Virus record (IMG/VR): IMGVR_UViG_3300033067_002502
Span: 32,001-96,000 of that record
Length of the DNA: 64,000 nucleotides
Direction: 5' to 3' (one strand)
DNA from: a virus
Lineage: Duplodnaviria > Caudoviricetes
Shown here: in pieces, positions 11,101-17,917 of the stretch
Numbering within the stretch: the stretch's first letter is position 1
Layout of the letters: each line of letters opens with the position of its first letter
Translations under genes and position numbers: made by a program
Notes under the pieces: model-generated
What the model saw: the letters and a program-made list of their open reading frames with translations, nothing else
Databases searched by the model: none
Told to the model about the DNA's origin: nothing

Positions 11101-11125
11101 CAAGAAAAGTAATTATAGATCGTAA
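5147..11125 (+). CDS. Prohead (capsid maturation) protease fused to a giant scaffold/core region
   Basis: The N-terminal NDNGDCF..F.GVPVFVNH..ARGKV..GTSMG..CSIC..C.H..F.EDSFVVNPA is typical of phage prohead serine proteases (His in NH, Ser in SMG). The rest is acidic, Gly-rich and repetitive. Lies between portal and capsid. SD AGGAG. Confidence 0.8.
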   Translation: MFEKSSKTETKMHIEALYLPSRGAWGLYNTSRIKVASIDKTKKTDLGGFDLKAAVEKNPDNLFVKVFAIKADEVNDNGDCFNESELKKAAHTFIGVPVFVNHQNDNVENARGKVIHAWYDDDSRGIYCINMVDRAAYPRLARGIEENYINGTSMGAQVGYSLCSICHNKAHTADEFCSHIKNGKNRKISGSYECKYHESPCGCEDKCPLDSKKKSETKEHLHKDAKVFEWNYDIKFIEDSFVVNPACHDCLVCDILNVEAVKSATSNSIYELKKVASALSESVSKMTDGSLEKTAGKTEVEALTQAMNLMEHVARSMMAQKQQIQLDYVSDLVEQLAKVQSLQDELVEMGYAQLPSPPEQQIALGNIMQSPAGQSSQQVMNPSQVGQQPQQAAQSLSQPPSSASPSSASLGDVGSVTRPTFTGASLELKKEFIKQSSNMSEKLNLLSTALRGSLVLLAQRRMKVSNSENIAEFSNGNLKVTVANVEGDGLVVGKWKDSKLVSWASLDEMGDEIKSLAASNLQEAAKVIFSQYQKESGVNMSANNNTKVASGNSSQQEVTTQAQLDKAGPLHPREEKYPTVTTQAQLEGGGEIKPVNNTTSDDNQLRKDTAPEVTTQAQLEALSGDLARWNDFPEVITQGQWDEMSRRVSSSLGSDYTDQITQAQLESLQKSHKWSPPETITQDQLNSQKKVSPEGKSDSERWASSAKNLIKAASSAVSDAIAGYGLSPSDVSKAVNKINASPYAVIKASYLSLINGSPVKIQARLAERNRNNYFAKTAKVSSAVDPVNGLLAAMGDNIGYLKAEDFVAAVKFVVNDKKAFASAESSAQVKIASNNNDSVEVVDTDSLFRQAFAEMDRPEDGLYKICGTLTEDVKTNPSDKTAFMNSLFSFAKTQIDVPFVIAKVDLDKEAGVFEIECKEERCCSSEEKTAFASVLNSQVKTATQKPQEKKEEKVARSSNRANLVKEAQMMGGQMGGGAGGAGPAGGMGTMPGADAGGMGQPPTENLGGQPGELGGEDGLDDMGGEDSDMQPKPPGTICPVCGSGDVDVLDGKGKCGNCSAEFSYKVDIEITKYPGLLDDGKEGGEEDGLGGPGEETEGAGEGFALPEGNEPASMPVAAMTQIKPEMIKKAKADALANGSTWSLGSISPYTGSNSVMKISDNKFLCLDTGGTYEVHAAGVDNKGSKAVFAEWRFEAKPLVGNCESCRRKKNAFSSALKSHGMSDEVFDSMLLLDKGKTVLAMKEKGLFSTVKTASNKSSILQGLKKTSSFGSKFPIETCREKIARKFGQNALALSGPCEGANLADCVCKKLSTAGVYSNNLAVKVASVWANEDQMVQCVEDFVRSKKFSMKQSCFICDQLKTKYAQFDDSAAEEIGGESSMPMSGQDNSQATEEPSNDDGFGDVDPFSSEDSSSEESSQETSDPSMSGEPGIEETPSIEGGEGTDSPLGLGEETEVSSPMTTPTAMPPMEGNKPGVGMVTFEIPLDALEQLDKAIDIAKGENPAEEAHHQEPLSGAAVIDMPLESVEGLDQAADQVLDTAVDATKEVGESIGEAMNSTETPMEEESVGEKEVEPSSEESHSEGGESSESPEVKEESFDKTGEEPSEESNKDSFMSQAQASAQVFKKGKIGGTGEINLDLSHVMKVLASQGKIAKEVSLENVQDNKDIGKVSDGKTMGNEEKFDAKKPEVFTGDATMGGESEAGYNNDKPKASFESGGAEMGDEKAQGYTAEKQNTATGGDKGQGNHTSSSKARMSSLAERIVNASVKKTANDKKLENAAPISEDGDVKPFSANKDNPKSGNPIKPFEEGQKVGKVDAGDSSFMGHEKETLTSVPKEENSAPSIPAGGGKNPKYDNNEKNTPEKQTAHKGTVISSGDTESLAVKKEAATRVAGRKLKAGMISIDKLASEIEKLSRYDTSDLRDIETALFGASKKGLDTVAKGSEKPIVISEKSNQRKITSELKDSLQSLFTLDKRNVLAQDDPTVEIKKSNYRS

Positions 11126-11156
11126 ATTTAGAAAAATCACTTAAGGAGATTTTAGT

Positions 11157-11807
11157 ATGGCATGTATTCCAAAATATCACACAGCAGTAGCAATGTTCCC
11201 AGTTGATCCAGCAGACGTTGCTTTGATCAATACAGGTTCTTCAGATGCAACCTACGGCATTTATGCAGGACAAATTGTTGGTATCAATTCAGCCGGTTAT
11301 GTTAAGCACGCAACCAAAAGCGATTCAGCTGGTGCTGCAAAATTCGTTCCAGTTGGAATTGCAGCAGATTCAATGGCTGTATCTGCTGGTCACACAGCTT
11401 ACCAAGATAGTCTTGTTGTAAGCGCAACAGGTATTAGAAAGGGAACACAGAATAGAGTTTCTGACATGTTCAACGAAACTCTTGGCTCTGGTCTTTTGAG
11501 CGTTTATATCGTTGGTGGAGAATTTTACACAGACATGTATATGTCTTCTGAGTCTTCAAACTTTGTTCCAGGAGCTCTTGTTTATAATCAAGGTGCAGCA
11601 GCATATACAACTGCTAATGCAGGAATGCTTAGCACAACAAGTGCAACAAATTATGTAGTAGGAGTTTGCACTTCTATTGTTCAGGGTTACCCATCGGGTG
11701 TCCCAGGCGTAGGAGGAGCAGTTGCATCCGTAGATTATTCTATGCCTCTTTCAACATTTAATACAAACGGTGGATTTGTATCTTTCATATTAAACATTCA
11801 GATATAA
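11157..11807 (+). CDS. Probable capsid decoration/cement protein
   Basis: Small beta-rich Gly/Ala/Ser protein immediately upstream of the MCP with a strong SD (TAAGGAG); assignment is by synteny. Confidence 0.6.
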   Translation: MACIPKYHTAVAMFPVDPADVALINTGSSDATYGIYAGQIVGINSAGYVKHATKSDSAGAAKFVPVGIAADSMAVSAGHTAYQDSLVVSATGIRKGTQNRVSDMFNETLGSGLLSVYIVGGEFYTDMYMSSESSNFVPGALVYNQGAAAYTTANAGMLSTTSATNYVVGVCTSIVQGYPSGVPGVGGAVASVDYSMPLSTFNTNGGFVSFILNIQI

Positions 11808-11936
11808 TATGAATAATATATCTACATAATATTAAGTGTAGATTGTCCTAGAGGATATTTCTTTTAGGAGAAAACAAATTTGTGATTTTGAGATCTATTA
11901 AAAAGGATATTCAAAAAACATATAAGGAGATCGAAA

Positions 11937-12827
11937 ATGAGTCTTGTAAAAACATATAATGATGAGCAAAAAGAAATGATTATTGCTCAAGCCTTGGAAA
12001 CAGACGAAGGACGTACAGCTCTTGCTCAAGCAATGGTTGAACCAATCCGTCGTTCGCTTGAATATCAAGCAGTTGGTCGTAAGCTTTTGATGGTAGACGA
12101 ACTTCCACAAGGAGCTCTTGCTCGTTACGAAAGAGACGTTGCTGCTATTGCTCACGTTGTATCTCGTAGAGGTGCAGTTCCTGATCAAATTCAGGAAGGT
12201 GAAGAAATTCTTGTTCCAACTTGGGAAATTGCAGCGAATCCAACGATTCGTCTTAGCGAAATCAAAGCTCGTAGATTCTACATTGTAGATAGAGCTCAGA
12301 TTAAGGCTAAAGAAGCAATTCAGAAAGAGGAAGATGAGCAAATCTTCAACGCATGCATCAACGCATGTCGTGCAGATCAGTCTATCGGAGGAGCTGCTCC
12401 TCTTACTCCTCAGATGCTTAATAATGCTTTCAAAGAAATTGAACAGCACGATTTAGTATGTACTAAGATTGTTATGCATGCTAACCGTTATGCAGAAGTT
12501 CGTTTCTTCAACGGTTCAGGCGGAACTCTTCCTTCTTATCGTTTCTACGACGAAGCAACCACAAGAGAAATCTTAACAACTGGTCTTTACGGCCACTTGT
12601 GGACAGCAGATCTTCATGTTTCATCTCGTATGAACATTCAGTACGTTCTTGCTGTTGCTTCTCCTGATACAGTTGGTGCTTTCCCAATTCGTCAAGATAT
12701 TACAGTTCTTCCAGCTGACGATCCTAAGAAACTTCGTCTTGGTTGGGTTATTTATGAAGAAGTTGGAGTCGCAATCATAAACGACTACGCAATTTCTCTT
12801 ATTACTCTTACCGGCGGTATAACCTAA
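11937..12827 (+). CDS. Major capsid protein, HK97 fold (Bxz1/phage G-like)
   Basis: AQAMVEPIRRSLEYQAVGRKLL.VDEL.QG..ARYE, EG.E..VPT.EIA.NP.I, IVDRAQ..AKEAIQ.EED and the C-terminal GWVIYEEVG. Strong SD and a terminator downstream. Confidence 0.85.
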   Translation: MSLVKTYNDEQKEMIIAQALETDEGRTALAQAMVEPIRRSLEYQAVGRKLLMVDELPQGALARYERDVAAIAHVVSRRGAVPDQIQEGEEILVPTWEIAANPTIRLSEIKARRFYIVDRAQIKAKEAIQKEEDEQIFNACINACRADQSIGGAAPLTPQMLNNAFKEIEQHDLVCTKIVMHANRYAEVRFFNGSGGTLPSYRFYDEATTREILTTGLYGHLWTADLHVSSRMNIQYVLAVASPDTVGAFPIRQDITVLPADDPKKLRLGWVIYEEVGVAIINDYAISLITLTGGIT

Positions 12828-12872
12828 TATTGGGTTAGTATAATAAGTATTAATCAACTTGAATGATTAAAC

Positions 12873-12904
12873 AAGGGATATCCAAAGGGGTATCCCTTTT
12901 TTAT
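12873..12904 (+). terminator. Rho-independent terminator after the MCP
   Basis: AAGGGATATCC-AAAG-GGGTATCCCTT hairpin running into a T tract. Confidence 0.85.
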
Positions 12905-12922
12905 TTAATATTGAAGATTTTT

Positions 12923-12930
12923 GTCGATAA
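12923..12930 (+). promoter_or_regulatory. GNCGATAA motif (sigma28-like -10), probable leaderless promoter
   Basis: GTCGATAA begins 14 nt before an ATG that has no SD. The same spacing occurs at 31688, 33031 and 47263. Confidence 0.5.
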
Positions 12931-12936
12931 AATAAT

Positions 12937-14358
12937 ATGAAGTTTATAAATACTACTAAAAATTCGGTTCATCTTGAGGATATAAAATTATCAATACCTT
13001 ATAACGACGAGATTCCTCAACACATTGATACAGAATTAGTAAAAAGAAGTTCTTCTTTTCAACAAATGGTTTCTTTTGGAGGATTTAAAGTAATCGAAGC
13101 AACAGTAGATCGCATTGAGCAAAATCTTTTAAAATTAAGTAATTTATATAATCCAATTATTGAAGAAGAAAAAACTAGACCTAAAAGTGGGAATAAAGTT
13201 GAGGTTATATTAAGGGGTCATTTTTACGAAACGACTGGTTATTCTAAAGTAAATAGGAATTTGGCAATAAACTTATATCGTAACGGTTTTTTTGTAGAAA
13301 TAGACCCAATTTCTACAAAAAATAACGATATGAATGAAATAGAGGCAAGGGTTTTTTCATCTTTTAGAAAAACAGCAGGAAAGGATGCAATACTTATTGA
13401 TAGTGTTATTCCTTCTCAAGGAAATCCCATTAAGGGTCATTATAATATATTATATACAACTTCTGAGTGTTGTTTTGTTCCAAAACAATTTATCGAAATA
13501 GCTTCCTCCTATGATGAAATTTGGGTAACAAGTAATTTTAGTAAATCATCTTTTAAGAATAGTGGCTGTAATTCTAAAATAACAGTTGTTCCTCCAATAA
13601 TAAATAAAAATTTATACAAAGAAAATGTTTCTCCTTATTTATTTAGACCTCAATTAAGAGAATTTTCTTTTTTAAGTGTGTTGACTTGGGATTACAGAAA
13701 AGGAAGCGATGCTCTTTTAAAATCTTATTGTAAAACTTTTACAAACAGAGATGAAGTATCTCTTGTTCTTCTTATTTCAGAAAAATCAAAATCTATTCAA
13801 AAAGAGATTAAAGAAGATATTAGAAAGCATATGTCTTTTCCAAACGCTCCACATGTTCTCGTGTGTACTAAGTCAATAGTAGAGCATCAGATGCCTTCTT
13901 TTTATAAGTCTTGTAATGCTTTTGTTTTACCATCTCGCGGAGAAGGTTTTGGTCTTCCGTTCTGTGAAGCTTCTTTATGTGGTCTTCCTATTATTTCAAC
14001 AAATTATGGAGGACAGCTTGATTTTTTGTCTGAAAATAATTCAACATTAATAGATGTTGATGAATTAGAAAAAGCAAGCAAAACTGGAATACATTATTGG
14101 GATGGACAATTGTTTCCTAGTTTGAAGTCTGAATCATTTATAAATTCTCTTGCTGATGGAATGAGAAGTGTTTACTTGAATTACGGTAAGTCTGTTGAAA
14201 AAAATAAAATTTTGCAAAATAAGATTATTGAATATTTTAGCGGAGAAAAAGTTAAACATCAGACGAAGATATTATTAGATTCTGTTTGGGACTCTTTGAA
14301 AAGGCGTAAAAATGATTGTTCTATTAAATACATCAAACAAAACTATTACAATATGTGA
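12937..14358 (+). CDS. GT4-family (GT-B) glycosyltransferase with an extra N-terminal domain
   Basis: TGYSKVNR, DEIWVTS, YRKG.D.LLKSY and FVLPSRGEGFGLPFCEA (intact EX7E). Confidence 0.88.
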   Translation: MKFINTTKNSVHLEDIKLSIPYNDEIPQHIDTELVKRSSSFQQMVSFGGFKVIEATVDRIEQNLLKLSNLYNPIIEEEKTRPKSGNKVEVILRGHFYETTGYSKVNRNLAINLYRNGFFVEIDPISTKNNDMNEIEARVFSSFRKTAGKDAILIDSVIPSQGNPIKGHYNILYTTSECCFVPKQFIEIASSYDEIWVTSNFSKSSFKNSGCNSKITVVPPIINKNLYKENVSPYLFRPQLREFSFLSVLTWDYRKGSDALLKSYCKTFTNRDEVSLVLLISEKSKSIQKEIKEDIRKHMSFPNAPHVLVCTKSIVEHQMPSFYKSCNAFVLPSRGEGFGLPFCEASLCGLPIISTNYGGQLDFLSENNSTLIDVDELEKASKTGIHYWDGQLFPSLKSESFINSLADGMRSVYLNYGKSVEKNKILQNKIIEYFSGEKVKHQTKILLDSVWDSLKRRKNDCSIKYIKQNYYNM

Positions 14359-14872
14359 TAAAACTGTAAAAGTTTATCCTTGGTCAAAAATTAAAGAAAT
14401 ATCTGGAATCCTAGATGGGAAAGAGATTCTTTATGTTTCTGAAATTTTATCTGTAACTGGAGACGAAGTTATTGATTTAATTAATGAAAGTATTGGAGAA
14501 GAAAATATTGGAGATCAAACGAGTATTTTAGAAACAGAATTTTATATTCACACAAAGACAAAATCAAAAATAATGGCAACGTATAACGGAAAAGACTATC
14601 TATTTAAAGGATGTTACGATCTTAGGCCTATAAATTCTTTACCAGAAGGAATGCTAGAGAAATGTTATATTATCGTAGAGGGACTTAAGAATGGTTTACT
14701 TGAAATAGTTGGAGAATCTGAGAAAAATTTTCTTATGCAAAAATACGAAGAAGAAAGCATTGAAGCAAAAGATTCTTTAAATAGGTTAGAAGAGTCAATT
14801 AAAGGGTCTGTTGACGATCCAATTGAAATAAATTTATCACCTTCAGGTAATTTTAAGAAAGGAAAGAATTGA
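14312..14872 (+). CDS. Hypothetical protein
   Basis: 186-aa ORF in tight operon context. Confidence 0.6.
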   Translation: MIVLLNTSNKTITICDKTVKVYPWSKIKEISGILDGKEILYVSEILSVTGDEVIDLINESIGEENIGDQTSILETEFYIHTKTKSKIMATYNGKDYLFKGCYDLRPINSLPEGMLEKCYIIVEGLKNGLLEIVGESEKNFLMQKYEEESIEAKDSLNRLEESIKGSVDDPIEINLSPSGNFKKGKN

Positions 14873-15618
14873 ATATTGCAATTTTGAATTTTGAAGTTCC
14901 GTGGATTGTTCTAGCATCTACGAGTTTAATTCGAGGATTTCTTAATAAATTCCCCAATAGTAATATTTATTTTTTTGTTTCTCAAGAAAGCTTTCCTGTT
15001 CTTCAGCATAATCAAAAAATACAAGTAATTAGCGGCTATACAAGTAATTTGCCTTTTTCTTTTGATCTTGTTGTAAATCTTTCGCCAACAATAGAATCTT
15101 CAAATTTTATGGCAGAATTAGATTCAAAAATAAAATTAGGTTTTATTGAATCTAGTGGTAATATCTCTTATTTAAACAAGGATGCAGAAGAATATTATGC
15201 TATTATGTACAATAGACTTCCTACAGAAAAAAACATATTTCAAGTTATCTATAAAATAGCAGGATTAACATGGAGAGGTGAGGGTTATGATTTAACTTAT
15301 TATCCTAAAAATAGAACTAATAAAAGAAGAACAGGAATAGCTGTATCTCATGAGGATCTTAGGCATTTTATTAAAAAAAATCTTACTTTAAGTATGTCTG
15401 AAATATGTAGCGTTCCAATAAGAAAAAATATATTCAAAAAAATGGATGAAATTAATAGATGTATGAATATTATTACGGATGATTTATTTATATTACACGC
15501 ATCTATTGCTCTTAGAAAGAATGTGGAATTTTTAGACACTACAGGCCTCTCTACCAAAATAGAATTTTTTGGAAAAGGGAATTACTACAGGATAAAAGAT
15601 GGAAGCTGGAAACTTTAA
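14869..15618 (+). CDS. Divergent GT9 (heptosyltransferase-like) glycosyltransferase
   Basis: TTG start. IVLASTSLIRGFLNKFPNSNIYF, FDLVVNL and IITDD..LHASIAL.K resemble GT9 motifs. Confidence 0.55.
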   Translation: MNIAILNFEVPWIVLASTSLIRGFLNKFPNSNIYFFVSQESFPVLQHNQKIQVISGYTSNLPFSFDLVVNLSPTIESSNFMAELDSKIKLGFIESSGNISYLNKDAEEYYAIMYNRLPTEKNIFQVIYKIAGLTWRGEGYDLTYYPKNRTNKRRTGIAVSHEDLRHFIKKNLTLSMSEICSVPIRKNIFKKMDEINRCMNIITDDLFILHASIALRKNVEFLDTTGLSTKIEFFGKGNYYRIKDGSWKL

Positions 15619-16429
15619 AAGTAAAAAAATAGAAATTAAAAGAGTTCATAATAATCCAAAGAAAAGAGTTTCTTACAATCCTTCTCTTTTTGGTTTTAAG
15701 GATTTGTCTGGAAATGGTAAGTTTGTAAGGGTTTGTTTAATTGATAGCGGAGTTCCTATTCATAAAGACATTACTGTAGATGAATATAAGAGTTATAATT
15801 TTACACAAAGCGGTAGTGTTAGAGATGTTTTTGGTCACTCAACGGCACTTTCTGGAATAATCGCAGCAAATGGTAATGGAGGAATAAAGGGCTTTGCTCC
15901 AGAAACAGACTTGTATTTTGCTAAGTCTTTATTAGATAGTAATGGAGAGGGGGATTTTGATTCTGTTATAAAATCTTTACTTTGGGCTATTACTAGAGAT
16001 GTTGATATTATTCTTATGGCTTTTGGATCTTCTATTGAACACGAAGGAATTCATGATGCTATTAAAAAAGTTTATAAAAAAGGAATATCAATGTTTGCAG
16101 CTTGTGGAAATTGTACAGTTAGAACGAAAGATGCAGATTTTCCAGCAAGATATAGTGAAGTTTTTTCTGTTGGATATTCTAATAGTATAATTAATAATGA
16201 AGTAGTTAAAATTGATGGCAAATCAAAAGGAGTTATTCTTCCTTATCAGGATTTTGAAACAACTTTTACTAATTCAAAGTTTGCAACAATGGAAGGTAGT
16301 AGTTTATTTTCTGCTGCTATTTCTGGTATAGCTGTTCTTGTTTTTCAAAATATGAGACATAAAGGCTTAGATGTAAAAAATCCTCAGATTGTATACAATG
16401 AAATAGGAAGACTTGCTGTTAGTGAATAA
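15599..16429 (+). CDS. Subtilisin-like S8 serine peptidase
   Basis: Catalytic motifs VCLIDSGV (Asp), FGHSTALSGIIAA (His), AACGN (oxyanion Asn) and EGSSLFSAAISG (Ser). Confidence 0.85.
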   Translation: MEAGNFKSKKIEIKRVHNNPKKRVSYNPSLFGFKDLSGNGKFVRVCLIDSGVPIHKDITVDEYKSYNFTQSGSVRDVFGHSTALSGIIAANGNGGIKGFAPETDLYFAKSLLDSNGEGDFDSVIKSLLWAITRDVDIILMAFGSSIEHEGIHDAIKKVYKKGISMFAACGNCTVRTKDADFPARYSEVFSVGYSNSIINNEVVKIDGKSKGVILPYQDFETTFTNSKFATMEGSSLFSAAISGIAVLVFQNMRHKGLDVKNPQIVYNEIGRLAVSE

Positions 16430-16446
16430 TTGGAGACTTTTTATTA

Positions 16447-17082
16447 ATGCCACATGTACCTCGTAATAAATGTTTTTATCCTGATGCAAGTTTTGTATTC
16501 TTTACTCCATCTAATCCTTTAGATTGGACATCGAATCCAGGTACTGTTCAATTAGCTTTGGACGAATTAGGAGAAAGATCTGGAGTTGGATCAGGAAGTG
16601 GTGTTTCTGGTTTTAGTGGTTATAGTGGATATTCAGGAAGTGGCATTTCTGGATATTCAGGCTTTAGCGGTATATCTGGATATAGTGGTATTTCAGGATA
16701 TTCAGGATATTCAGGAAGCGGTATTTCAGGATATTCAGGATATTCAGGCTATAGTGGAGATAGAGGAGATGCAGGTGTTGGTCTTGATGGAGATTCTGGA
16801 TATTCAGGTATTTCTGGTTTTAGTGGTTATAGTGGCTATTCAGGATATAGTGGTATTTCCGGCTATTCAGGAAGCGGTATTTCTGGTTTTAGTGGTATTT
16901 CCGGCTATTCAGGTTTTAGTGGAATTTCTGGTTATTCTGGATTTAGCGGAATTTCAGGATATAGTGGATATTCAGGAAGTGGTATTTCAGGTTATTCAGG
17001 ATATAGCGGTATATCTGGATATTCTGGTTATAGTGGTTCACCTGGATCTTCTGCGATTTTTATGAATAGGAATTTTATTTAA
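16447..17082 (+). CDS. Gly-X-Ser collagen-like repeat virion fibre protein
   Basis: About 150 aa of (G-Y/F/I-S)n triplets. Confidence 0.75.
   Translation: MPHVPRNKCFYPDASFVFFTPSNPLDWTSNPGTVQLALDELGERSGVGSGSGVSGFSGYSGYSGSGISGYSGFSGISGYSGISGYSGYSGSGISGYSGYSGYSGDRGDAGVGLDGDSGYSGISGFSGYSGYSGYSGISGYSGSGISGFSGISGYSGFSGISGYSGFSGISGYSGYSGSGISGYSGYSGISGYSGYSGSPGSSAIFMNRNFI
16750..16823 (+). repeat. 74-bp exact direct repeat, copy 1 (copy 2 at 25537-25610)
   Basis: TATAGTGGAGATAGAGGAGATGCAGGTGTTGGTCTTGATGGAGATTCTGGATATTCAGGTATTTCTGGTTTTAG is identical in both collagen-like genes. Confidence 0.9.
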
Positions 17083-17108
17083 ATATTAGTAATAGGAGTT
17101 TTATATAA

Positions 17109-17504
17109 ATGGCAGCAAATACAAATCCAATTTTTACCCTTACGAGTGTTTCAAAACCTGTATCAATGACAGCAACAGCAAATACAAGTCGTACTGTTTT
17201 TGCAACAGGAACAGATCTTTATACTGCAGGAACTAATGGCTCATTAATAGAAAGAATTAAATTCGAAGCAACAGCAACAACTACAGCAGGTGTTTTGAGG
17301 GTTTGGATTTACGATAGTTCTTCGTATTTTATGATTGATGAGATTCTTGTAACAGCGATTGTTCCTTCCTCAACAGTTGCTTCTTTTACTTCGGTATGGA
17401 CTCCTCCAGGAGGGTATTTACTTCTTCCTAATACTTATAAAATATCAGCTACAACACACAATGCAGAAGCTTTTAATGCTCTTGTTATGGGTGGAGAATT
17501 CTAA
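17109..17504 (+). CDS. Small virion structural protein (fibre-associated)
   Basis: Thr/Ala-rich beta protein with SD AGGAG in the fibre cluster. Confidence 0.6.
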   Translation: MAANTNPIFTLTSVSKPVSMTATANTSRTVFATGTDLYTAGTNGSLIERIKFEATATTTAGVLRVWIYDSSSYFMIDEILVTAIVPSSTVASFTSVWTPPGGYLLLPNTYKISATTHNAEAFNALVMGGEF

Positions 17505-17507
17505 AAT

Positions 17508-17915
17508 ATGCAAAAAGGAATGTTTCATCATGGAGAAGGAGGAGTAGTAGGTCATCATAGAACTATGACTATTTCTTTTGGTGATGGATTAAATGTTCCA
17601 TCAACAGGAACTAAATCATACTTGCCTAGATGCTGTATTCGAGGAACTCTTCTTAATTGGTCGATAGTTGCAGATGCAAGCGGTTCAGCAACAATAGATG
17701 TTCAAAAAGCAATAGGCAATTCTTCTCCAACTTTTGCTTCTATGGTTGGAAGCGGAACTCCTCCAACCCTTTCAAGCGTTCAAGCAAATATAAATAATGC
17801 ACTAATTGGATGGAAAGATTCTTCGTTTGTAGAAACAGATATGTTAATGTTTAATCTTCTTACAGTTACGACTTGTAAAAAAATTACATTAACTATAGAA
17901 TATAAGATAGATTAA
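17508..17915 (+). CDS. Small beta-rich virion protein
   Basis: Operon context; the W.IVADASGS.TIDV pattern resembles phage fibre-terminal domains. Confidence 0.55.
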   Translation: MQKGMFHHGEGGVVGHHRTMTISFGDGLNVPSTGTKSYLPRCCIRGTLLNWSIVADASGSATIDVQKAIGNSSPTFASMVGSGTPPTLSSVQANINNALIGWKDSSFVETDMLMFNLLTVTTCKKITLTIEYKID

Positions 17916-17917
17916 AT

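Noticed and set aside
11937-12827. Encapsulin shell protein
   Set aside because: The fold is shared, but the portal, protease and tail context indicates a true phage capsid.
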